DNA of 50,834 nucleotides, the filler included, from Catajapyx aquilonaris (lineage: Eukaryota), in the NCBI GenBank assembly GCA_000934665.2. It is 3 parts of 3 records of this genome, joined end to end, with 100 filler letters (N's around TTAATTAATTAA, not from the genome) between each part and the next. Parts side by side here need not be neighbours in the genome. Positions count along the whole stretch, not along the records: positions 33,982 to 50,834 come from JYFJ02007088.1; 2 more parts are not named here. One strand, given 5' to 3'. Below are positions 36,196 through 46,160 of this stretch, piece after piece (position 1 is the stretch's first letter; every line of letters starts with the position of its first letter). Below the pieces are notes generated by a model. It searched no databases. It had not been told where the DNA came from and saw only the letters and a program-made list of their open reading frames with translations. A program made the position numbers and the translations under genes.

Positions 36196-36476
36196 CCCTG
36201 GAACCATGCCGTGGGGTCTTTTTGGACCCCAAGGAATTAAAATGGATTAAAATGATGATTACAATGAACTATTGCCATTTTTTTACAGTATATAACAGGA
36301 AGTGCATGTTTATTCTGAATTAGCGATCATTTTAGGCATAGTTCAAAGAATGATTGCATATAGTCAATACATTGAAAAGTATTATATGAAAATTAATGAA
36401 AATTAAAATATGGATGGGGTCCAAAAAGACCCACGGCACGGTTGCCGTAACTTTCAGGCACGGCACGGTTCCAGGG
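36196..36476. mobile_element. piggyBac-like MITE, copy 1
   Basis: TTAA|CCCTGGAACC ... GGTTCCAGGG|TTAA with subterminal inverted repeats. Confidence 0.92.
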
Positions 36477-36511
36477 TTAATGGATAATAAATAATTATCT
36501 GGACCCATATA

Positions 36512-37095
36512 CAGTCAAACTTCCCTAAGTTGAAGTTCTCTATAAGTCGAAGAAAATGATGAGTTTGGTTGGTCACAATGTAAAATAATAGGAAATAAAC
36601 TTCCCTAACTCGAATTTCTATAACTCGAAGTTCTCCATCACTCAAAGTGCTGGCAGGGCCTTACAATGGGATCTCAATGCATTTTCAGTCTCCCTAAGTC
36701 GAAGTTCATGATGGCGAGCACGGATAATTTTCTCATTTCCAAGCCGAAGGGCCGAGAGTAGGCCACATGTACAGAAAGGTTCAATTTCCTGGTCTCCGTC
36801 TACCAGATGTACCGAAAGAAGTGTTTGATTCGATTGTGACAATTGAATCCTTGAATCTAAGGTAGGCAAATGTCCATAACTGAGTTTTTTTTACAACAAA
36901 ACAATGAGCAATATTGTAAGTGTAATGTTGACAGTTATTTTTAAGTTTTGAACACCTTTCGACGCTGGATATAAAGGTAGGCTTCCTTATAGAGTTCTGT
37001 GCTTTAAAAAAATCGAAACTTCTCTAACTGGAATCTTCTATAACTGGAAGTTTTTTCCCGGTCCCATGGAGATTCGACTTATGGAAGTTTTACTG
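36512..37095. mobile_element. pogo/Tigger-like MITE
   Basis: TA|CAGTCAAACTTCCCTAAGTTGAA ... TTCGACTTATGGAAGTTTTACTG|TA with many (C/T)CTAACTCGAA-like subterminal repeats. Confidence 0.82.
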
Positions 37096-37501
37096 TATTT
37101 ATGAATATAGCTGAGATACCAATGCACTGCAACAGTGGATTGAGTAGGTAATTTTTGTACTTGTCAGTCTTGTATTTTTAAAAATCTGCAAAACATTACC
37201 AAGGGAATAGAAGTGCCAAAATAGTAGAGCATATTATTATATGTCAAAATATTTTATGCATCTTCTGAGGAATGTACAGATGTCGTTAGGATCACGACTT
37301 CATGCACGGCACATGATTTTGAATCTTTCAGTGTCTTAAGGAAATGTTAACTGAACACTGCGAGATTCATAAATTTTAATTCCTTTTAAATATGATTATC
37401 CTTTCTTTTCATCACAAAAAAATAAGGCACATGTGTAAGTTGCGCTATGGAAGAGTACATCATGCATGATTTTTTCCTATTCGTACTCTATTTGTTACTG
37501 A

Positions 37502-38144
37502 CAAGGGAAGTGTCTGTAGGGCCATCGGCCAATCGGCCCGAAAATGACACTAGGGGTAAATCGCAGGCCAGAAATTCATTGGTGAAAGTAAAAAGTCGCA
37601 TTAGCCAAGCGTTTTCGAGATATGGGCGACTATAGGTGCCCGGCAAACACGAATAAGTTATTATTTACTGAGCTTGTGACTATTAATTTTTCCGAATATG
37701 AAGCCATGGAGAGAGTAGGTAAGCATCGGCAGAAGAAAAAAAAGTAATGCACTTCCCAGCAACCTGTTTATTTATTCCTGTTGATTGCAAAAGGGAAGAT
37801 ATGCGGTGATAAACGGTGTTGGGGAAGAAAGAAAAAGAAAACGATGCTCCGAGACGAGAGAGGGAGGGGGGGAAAAAGTCACTTCCCGCGGACTTGAACG
37901 CGGAGACTTCGGATCATGACGCGGACGCGCTACCGACTGAGCCACGAAGACTGTTTATAATTTCTCCTGCCGAATGCGCCCCATTGTCACCGAGCAGGTT
38001 TGCCGGGCACCTATAGTCGCCCATATCTCGAAAACGCTTGGCTAATGCGACTTTTTACTTTCACCAATGAATTTCTGGCCTGCGATTTACCCCTAGTGTC
38101 ATTTTCGGGCCGATTGGCCGATGGCCCTACAGACACTTCCCTTG
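37502..38144. mobile_element. Non-autonomous TIR DNA element, copy 2 (TSD TGA)
   Basis: Same element as 1298-1941, TIRs apparently perfect, flanked by TGA/TGA. Confidence 0.95.
37878..37951 (-). ncRNA. tRNA-Met(CAT)-like Pol III cassette, copy 2
   Basis: GTCTTCGTGGCTCAGTCGGTAGCGCGTCCGCGTCATGATCCGAAGTCTCCGCGTTCAAGTCCGCGGGAAGTGAC followed by TTTTT. Confidence 0.55.
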
Positions 38145-38285
38145 TGAGAAAAATATAAATAATGCAACAAAAATTACTATGGCACTAGAAGTCATCTGAG
38201 ATACCAAAACACTGCAGCAATGTAGTTAATACATATTTGTACTTGACGAGACAGCTTATGGCACATTTCAAGTAGTCCAAATAAT

Positions 38286-38489
38286 CCCAGGTAGCAAGAT
38301 ATATTGGGCCAATATTGGCTGACTATTGGCAGCCAATATTGGCCAACATTGGCTGCCAATATTTATCTATATCGAAACTGCAACTTTTCGGCATATATGG
38401 CAATATTGGCATCCCATATATGGCAATATTGGCGTCCTCTATAGATCTATGTAGGACGCCAATATTTCCATACATGGGATGCCAATATT
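38286..38489. mobile_element. Putative CMC/EnSpm-like terminus with CCAATATTGG subterminal repeats
   Basis: Starts CCCAGGTAGCA, followed by many (C)CAATATTGG(C) palindromic units and an 88-bp palindrome at 38402-38489; the opposite terminus was not found. Confidence 0.55.
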
Positions 38490-38491
38490 AA

Positions 38492-38657
38492 AAGATGACA
38501 CGAGCAATTTTTTGCCCGTACTCATCAATTAGACGCCATTATTGCTACATATATTGATATATGTAGCAATAATGGCGACTAATTGATAGAAATCAAGGCA
38601 TATGCTTAAATTCTTTTACCTCGTAGAGTACGGGCAAAAAATTGCTCTTGTCATCTT
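38492..38657. mobile_element. TTAA-flanked MITE with purine-starting TIRs (Kolobok-like)
   Basis: TTAA|AAGATGACACGAGCAATTTTTTGCCCGTACTC ... GAGTACGGGCAAAAAATTGCTCTTGTCATCTT|TTAA; internal 60-bp hairpin. Confidence 0.8.
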
Positions 38658-38719
38658 TTAATGAGGCAAATTAATTATAGAAATCAGATAACTGTAAGCA
38701 AGGAATGAATTCTTCATTT

Positions 38720-40309
38720 TTATTGATCCTTGTCCTTCTTCTCCCTCCTCTCCTTCCTTCCCCCATCCCAATCTGCTGCCCCAGCCAGGATCAGCCCGAT
38801 ACGTTTCAAAATTGTGCTGTCATCTGCATCTGCATGTCGAAGTCGAACAGCAGCTGCAATGGGGAAATATGCAACCATATATGGTTGCATATAATTGTTA
38901 TACAATGCATATAATGCATATAATAGTTATAAGACTTAAAACTAACCTTGAACGACATTCAGCAGCCGGAGACCGGAAAAGCTCCTCTTGCCTTTTTTCC
39001 CATGGCTGCTGTATTTCAGTGCCATCGATTTGCTTAGCAACTTAACAGTAATTAGTCGCACTGTATCTCTTATGGTCCCGCCTCCCAGATTTGATAAGTA
39101 CTTGACCTGTGTAAAGGTTGTCAGTAATTTGTATAATTATACTTATAACAGTATATTACGGATGTGAATGATAACTACAGACCAAGTTCACTTTATTTAT
39201 TTAAAAACTTACGGCAGCGATGTGTTCAACATGTGTATCGTTGCCAGGAATGGTGGACATCGGCCTTGCGACTCCTGCGCCCGTAAGCTATATAGGGCTT
39301 GCAGTGTAAAACAGCTGTAACTCGGTTAATTTTGATCGAATTAATTTTATTTTTCAATGTGTATGAAGGTAATAGACTCCTGTAAACCCTGATGACTCTA
39401 AAAAATTAATATTGCAATTATGTTTGGGAGATAATGGTGTCTCATTCCGCTTATGAGGTTTTGCGTTGCATTTTGCTCTTGGGCCCGAAAAAGCTACTTC
39501 CAATTGAAATATTTCTTTGATCTCAACATGTTGTATATATGAAGTATACGATGTGTGTGACAAAATGGCTATTCCATATTTAAGATTGGTCCACAAAGTA
39601 GTGAGATCATGGTGTCTATTTCCGATCATTTACACGCCCGGTTACAGCTGTTTTACACTGCTCTGGGCACAGGAGTAGCAAGGTCGATGTCCACCATTCC
39701 TGGCGACGTGCCTTTCATACTGAAATTATCTTGTACACAACGTGCTGGCTCTGATAGCCCTGTAAGGCTGTAATCGAATATATTGTATTATGGTGCATGT
39801 AAAATTGAAAGTTCTCTGCAGTTTTGGAAAAGAAAATAATAATTACGATCCCACAGGCAATGTGTTATCACTAATTGGACAACTCATTTGAAGAGAAATA
39901 AAATTGGGCTTTTTAAAAAAATGTCCTAAATTTATTCAGAACCCAGCTGACTTCATTGCCTCCGTACGCTGCAGACTTCTTGGACATAAAATTCTTAAAT
40001 AAATAGTGGTATTGGTCTATTATCTGTAAACTCTCAGTATCATACTCATAATGATCAACTATACAAACCATTTGCACAAAATCTTGAGAGTTTGCAGTGG
40101 CGATGCTCTCCTCCACTGTACGCAGCTGCTCATCAGTTTCAATAGGTAATTTACTTGCTGCATCCTTGAATGTAGCTATTGCTCCTGTACATTCTTCACT
40201 ACTTGTGTTGCATTGACAGCGTGCACCGTGGTAGTTTGCCAGTAGCTCTTAACTTCTTTCATGTCGTACTTTAAGCTCTCCATCCCGCGGATCACAAGCC
40301 TTTGAAAAG
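38720..40309 (-). pseudogene. Degraded spliced DUF4806-like transposon accessory gene
   Basis: Exon 40309-40069 (FQRLVIRGMESLKYDMKEV, frameshift, LPIETDEQLRTVEESI); 39993-~39930 (AYGGNEVSWVLNK); about 880-bp interruption; ~39045-38947 (KLLSKSMALKYSSHGKKGKRSFSGLRLLNVVQ); 38853-38720 (AAVR...ILKRIGLILAGAADWDGGRKERR, stop). Splice phases agree. Confidence 0.65.
39239..39710. mobile_element. Inverted-repeat element within the DUF4806-like gene interruption
   Basis: GCCAGGAATGGTGGACATCG...CAGTGTAAAACAGCTGTAAC matched inversely at 39641-39706; no clear TSD. Confidence 0.65.
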
Positions 40310-40646
40310 CTATAATAATAAAGCATGTAAAAAAAACAGAACATATGCGATTGCAGCTTCATTATAAATGTAGGTATAGTAACACCTCGAGTGCCATGAC
40401 ATTCACTTTTGCTTTCAAATTAGACCGATCTCTTTGAAATTTGTAATGTTGCTTTTATTTATTTATTTTATTATTATAATTTTTTTGCATTTTTGGGCAT
40501 TTTCTTTACACATCTTTATTCAGGCCTTGTTCCAAAGCTGCTGGTTTTCATTTTGCCCATGGGTTTGCCCTTGTTGTTAATATTTTTGAAGTAGCAGCTA
40601 GTAAATCTATCAAACCTTAACTTACGCAACCAGGTCTCATATATAT

Positions 40647-41321
40647 ATTATCACAAAAAACAATCCCTATGGAATTGTAAAAAAAAGGAAAGTAAGATCT
40701 AAGTGACGGATAGAAATTACTGAAACAAGACTGGGCTGCGTAAGATCTTCACCATATGGGTATAAATGTAACCCAGAGATCTTACTTCCGCATTTAACGT
40801 TTTACAAGGTGGTGTTGATCAAGTCATCTTTGTGCTGGGTGTTAGCTGGGTGCTGGTGTTAGTATTAGTGATTGTAGGGCTGAGAATAGTATTCCCAAGG
40901 GTTTATAGGCTGGTTTTTTGAATGATGATTGGTTAAATACTTATCACTTGCTATTAAACAGTAAGTGATTACTTGTCTGGTTGGTTGGAGATTGGTTGTT
41001 CGGAGGGTTGATTTTTTCTTTGTTGTTCCATTGATTGAATGAGGTGCTGGTTGGTTGATTTATTTATTGGTTAATCGATTAGTTGGGGGGCTAGGATGTT
41101 AATTGGTTAACAGAATGGTTTATTAGACTCTGGATCTTTTAGACAATTTCTAACCTGACATCTTGTAAAACGTTAAATGCGGAAGTAAGATCTCTGGGTT
41201 ACATTTACCCATATGGTGAAGATCTTACGCAGCCCAGTCTTGTTTCAGTAATTTCTATCCGTCACTTAGATCTTACTTTCCTTTTTTTTACAATTCCATA
41301 GGGATTGTTTTTTGTGATAAT
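40647..41321. repeat. 160-bp near-identical inverted duplication
   Basis: 40647-40808 is the reverse complement of 41162-41321 (2-bp indel), separated by a TTGG-rich spacer. Confidence 0.92.
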
Positions 41322-41516
41322 TGCAGTTATTTTTTGACAAAGCAATATGAACAAGTAGTTATACTCATTAATGTATTCATGTTTAGAAGAGATGTAAATT
41401 GCATTCGTTGTGTATGATTTAAAAAAATTTATAATGTTTTGAAAATGGGAATAAATAATTTGCTTACGTATCACATATTTTATTTGGAAACTAAGAAGGA
41501 TGGGTTGTATCAGCCT

Positions 41517-43348
41517 TCAGAGAGGTAGGAGAAATATGCAGACTGCGTCCCTAATCATTCTCCTCGGATCCGAAATAGTGGTCATCTGCTGGTCGTTAAA
41601 GTGTGGCCAACTACCTTCACCCTTCCCTAAAGCAGTGTAGTGGTTGTAATTCATTGAGACTCCATGGTGTAATAGGATTGCACTGCTTTTGAATTGCTTG
41701 AATCCAATTGATATATGGTCACTTTGGTCGAAATCTGTTATGCTGGCGTCCGACCTTCCCCCTCCACTTTCATCGTGACATTCAAGGTGCAGGATGAGGC
41801 AACCTTGTACGTTACTTAAAATGCAAGTCTTGGCAGCAACCCCAGTGCGCTTACAAGACGAGCATGGTACTCCTTCGTCCCTCTGCTGCAACAGGACGAA
41901 GAGAGACACACACTCTCTCGGCACGATCAGAGAGAGATACCGCCGAGTTTCCTCTGCCCCTTCCCATCTGGCGTGGCAGAAGGAACACTCATATTCAGCG
42001 TGGCATCGGTGAGTGCCCCAGTCTCTTAGGTGTAGGTACAGGCAAATCTTCGAACAGGAATTGGATGAACTCTAAAGAGTCTTGCTGTTTCTCCCCGTCG
42101 AATCCTCTACCCAGAGCTCTTCTGACCCCGAATGACGAGGGAGCGACGACGTCATTAGGGGCCGGTGCTGTTGTGTTGGACACTCTCCTCTTCGCAGGGG
42201 GACGCTGAGAAGGTCGGTGTTGTGCGAGAGCTGTTTTAGGGCCCTTAAAACGCTGCTGCTTCCCTTCGAGGCCGAGATTCTTGTCCTGAGGTCTGGCTGC
42301 GCGAAGAGACATACCAAGGTAGCGTTGGCATAGCAAGAAACATTATTTGGACTTGGATTGTCGAACCCCCTAAGTGATATTTCTGATGCGGAGGAGACTG
42401 CATGTGGCCGCTTCGTTGTTTTCTTGTGTAAGAGCAATGGAGGCATTGATCGGGTCTCCCGGAGTCTATTGTATTCCCTCACTTTGTCACGTAGCTCACG
42501 TTGGCCTTGATGCAGCGTTCATCTAGGTGAAGGATGTATAGTCTGTCCAGCGCCTGGACCCTCGAGAGCGCGACGTACGCCATTCCTCTTGCGAACACGG
42601 ACTTGCTGAGGTCCACCAAAGCGGAATCCAGAGTCAGCTCCTGAGATTTTGTGGATGGTGATGGCGTATGCTAGTATCAGTGGAAACTGTTTCCTCTCCG
42701 CGTATATGTTGGAGCCGAGCTCGAACTTGACAACACACCTGCAGATCGACTTTTCGTCGTTTGGGATGTTGTCAAAGTTGATCTTGACTGACGAGATGCC
42801 GCGGTTATTCTCCATCCTCCAGCCAGACACGGTGCACATTGCGCCGTTCACCAGTCCTTCCTGCACGTCGATGTTGCGTCGCAGCATGACGCGGCAACAA
42901 CCAACTCCCAGGATGAGGACAGTCTCGAGGCCGGCCGTACGCGAGGCGTCCTCTCGAAGACTCTCTAGGTGCTTGCTTCCCCTCTTTCAGCCAGCCTTGT
43001 TGCCTGCTGTGAGCTTGTCCTCTGCCTCCAGAAGGACAGTATCCAGGCACGACGCACGAAGCATACGGTGGTTGAACTCGTGGCACATGTCGTTGGTTGG
43101 GAGGAGGCACACAGGATTCAATCCTTCTGCCTTGCACCTGCTGTAGTAGATGCTGACGCATGCTTCGTTGTTGTCTGTTGATGCCAGCGTGGTGCGGACC
43201 CTGCTTGCCAAGAGATGGAGGGTTGACTCGGAGACTATAGGCCCACTCGCACATCGGCCAGAAGATACGGGTAGACGGCCTGCTTCTTATGAATAACCTC
43301 CTGATTCTTGTTATTGTACCGAGTTTTTCGGCTCGACTTACCGGACAT
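41517..43348 (-). pseudogene. Frameshifted PIF1-family helicase C-terminal half fused to a USP (peptidase C19) domain
   Basis: PIF1: LLADVRVG, CLLPTN, RVMLRRNIDVQEGLVNGA, RKQFPLILAYAITIHK(fs)SQELTLD, FARGMAYVALSRV, EYNRLR. USP: GFDNPSPNNVSCYANATL (Cys box), QQDSLEFI, CSFC and CSSC zinc pairs, LILHL, HHGVSMNYNHYTA, WPHFND (His box). Confidence 0.88.
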
Positions 43349-44254
43349 GAATATGAGATGCCACATGATAGGAAGAAGTCACACGTTCCAATTCGCTAAC
43401 TCAATTCGTATCGTAATGTCTGTGGAGGATTTTATGCGTCGGTCTCTATAGCAATCAGTTGCGCGAGGCATTTGTTGATATGAGTTGCGTGGCAATTAGA
43501 AAATGATATGAGTTGCGTGGCAATCAGAAAATAAAATTAATTTAATTTAATTGATTTTTTATTTAATTTTTTATTTAATTTTTTAATTGGCTGTGAGATG
43601 AAATAGGCTAATTTGCATAGAGGTTAGGGGGATAAGTTGGTGCAGTACGGAGGTATGTTCAAAACTTGAAGTCTCTGTGTGCAAGGATAAGGCATGTAGA
43701 GCTCGGCACAAAATCGTCCCAACGAGTCGGAAAAATTAATTGTTGGAAAACTACCTGACGATCTTACTTATAGGGACTATCGTCCCTACAATGAAACTTT
43801 CAAAGAAATCAATGCCGCATTGGGGGCTTCTCTTACACACTTTGATTGTTCCAGATATTAAACCGTATTAAACCTTTGAACACATCCGCACATTTGTTAA
43901 TCAATTTCGATGTCGCATTGCGACTACTTGGTTTTCCTTCCTTTTCTTTCTTCGATTCCTTCCTCTTTCCTAGCTTTTCCTTGGAGACTTCCTCGGAACC
44001 TCCACTGCAACTATGACACTTTTCATCTGGACCTTCACCTTATCTCTTCCGCGATCAACTTGCCGCTAGTTTCTGAAATGGCAAAATGGTCAGAATGCAT
44101 TTTAACAATAGCATTTAACAAAAATTCACATACCTAGTCCAGTTTGCGACATGCGGTGCCTTCACTCCTGCTCCTCCTGCAACACTAGAGACAAATCGAG
44201 CTGCCACCTGGCGGACTATTGTAGCATCACCGGAGAGGCTCTTGAGCGTAGTCG

Positions 44255-44258
<4 letters not shown>

Positions 44259-44305
<47 letters not shown>
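44259..44305. repeat. (GA)n microsatellite in the putative promoter region of the SPOP-like gene
   Basis: Direct reading; lies in a CpG-rich patch. Confidence 0.9.
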
Positions 44306-44306
<1 letters not shown>

Positions 44307-44742
44307 AGCAGACAAGACAAGGTCAGGTTGCAAGTGAGGGTGACAGGCAGCAGCTTGGGCTTGTTTCGTCGGATTCTTGGAGAGGTATGGGATTTCGCAT
44401 TTGGGTTATTCAATTCAGACGTGGGTCAGGTCATGTAGGTGACTCTGGGCTGCAGGTGGTATGAATGGTATGGGTTATGAGTCATGTGGCGGATAGTTGT
44501 GTGAAAGAGTCTGGAGAGTGCATTCACACTTACGTTTGTTGTCCAAAGACCCACGCTTTTGTGGAGACAGTTTTTTTTTTTGTTTTCATCAGGCACGTTG
44601 TGTGGTGATTGTTTTGCTATTATTGTGGGTGCTATTGGACTTATTTCTAAGGCAAACAGCTGACCACAAAATGACCCAAGTGTTACAGTACAACAGACGT
44701 AGGTTATAGAAAGGTAAATATAACGGAACGCATGGTATTTAA

Positions 44743-45027
44743 CCCTGGAACCGTGCCGTGCCTACGAGTATTACGGTAACTGTGCCGTGGGGTCTTTTCG
44801 GACCCCACCATATTTTAATTTTTATTAATTATTATATAATACTTTTCAATGTGTTGACTATATACAATCATTCTTTGAACAATGCCTAAAATGATCACTA
44901 ATTCAAAATAAACCTGCACTTCCTGTTATATACTGTAAAAAAAAATTGGAAAAAGTTCATTGTAATGATCATTTTAATGCATTTTTTTCCTTGAGGTCCA
45001 AAAAGACCCCACGGCATGGTTCCAGGG
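44743..45027. mobile_element. piggyBac-like MITE, copy 2 (inverted relative to 36196-36476)
   Basis: TTAA|CCCTGGAACC ... GGTTCCAGGG|TTAA. Confidence 0.92.
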
Positions 45028-45758
45028 TTAAAGGCACACTGCACTTGCTTGCCACTGAATATTAGGCTAAAAATGTTGATTCTGGGGGTGCAATCAATAT
45101 TTCTCAGAACTTAAAAAGTAAACCCAGGACAAGAGGTCATAGGAAAATGCACCAGCTTCAGAGGATACAAGGGATAGCCAGTGCTGCAGACATTTGCTCA
45201 AGGGAGATTGGGTCTGAATGTGCTGAGGCGATTGACGGATGGCAGATCCTGGAGTGAGGTTGCCTGATGGATTCCTTGGAAATTTCTTTTACACCACTTT
45301 GTGCTTTGTGCTACCACTACCTATCAGACTTTCTGGCCGACTTTGACCTCTGCGATTACTGTTATGAAAAAAATTGGTGGCACCCTCGGAATATTTTGCG
45401 CCATTGTTAGAGCCCAACTTGCAAATGGAGTGCATTGACACTTTAATTATACCTTTACATCATGTGTTGAGTAGTTCGAGTGCTTGGCATGCATTTTTCA
45501 ATATCTGTGGGTATAAAGATATTGTGGGCATACAGAATGAATCCACTAAGTGCTAAAAATCAGTTTTGCGATCATCCAAAGCAAAGATTTGACCTTTCAC
45601 CTGCATTCACTTGCACCTGCTTGCACTTGCTGGTGAATGCAGAAAATTCCTATCCTGGCTTGCTGGCTCATTGTGAATCTTTAGGACTAAATGCACTTCA
45701 CCAGTCAATAGAGCAAAAAATGATACGTAAATATGAATGATTCGAAACAGGCAAAATT

Positions 45759-45824
45759 GGACTAAGAGAAGGTTATATGAACGCGAGTTCCTTAACTCAC
45801 GTTCATATAACCTTCTCTATGTCC
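45759..45824. repeat. Compact hairpin
   Basis: AGAGAAGGTTATATGAACG(C)GAGTT-CCTT-AACTC(A)CGTTCATATAACCTTCTCT. Confidence 0.85.
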
Positions 45825-46160
45825 GTGGTTGAGGCCATCTGAAACATTCTCTTAAATGTGCACAATGCACTCAATTGTGACATACATTCATGATCGGCTC
45901 ATGTCATTTAATGCCAATGTTAATAGGATACCCCATCATAGCCATGTGGAGTGTCACAAGAAGTGGATCAGTCTGAGACATTTCACATGCTTGTTAAGCA
46001 TGTAATGTAATTCCCACCATCATTTGTGTTCTCAATTTTGCAGAAATGTTTCTGATGGGAACTAGCAGGTAGATATTTGAGCTCACAGCCGGGTTATCAC
46101 TTCAGTAGCTATAGGAATGGGAATTATATGCAAATGTGATAATTAAAATGCATTGCAGAG

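Larger units (their letters stand above)
40600..43791 (-). mobile_element. Internally deleted Helitron/Helentron-like element (left boundary approximate)
   Basis: PIF1-USP pseudo-ORF; terminal hairpin TAGGGAC-TATC-GTCCCTA (43771-43788) next to a minus-strand TT; GATCTTAC motif shared by both ends; 28-bp tandem repeat at about 43477-43532. Confidence 0.6.

Noticed and set aside
38300..38490. CRISPR-like or iteron array of CCAATATTGG
   Set aside because: Irregular spacing, no unique spacers, eukaryotic context; better explained as transposon subterminal repeats.
40809..41161. Penelope-like pLTR with hammerhead ribozyme
   Set aside because: No intact CTGANGA...GAAA core with flanking stems and no RT or GIY-YIG remnants.
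44115..44438. ORFs with ERERER / LSLSLS runs
   Set aside because: Translations of the (GA)n microsatellite.
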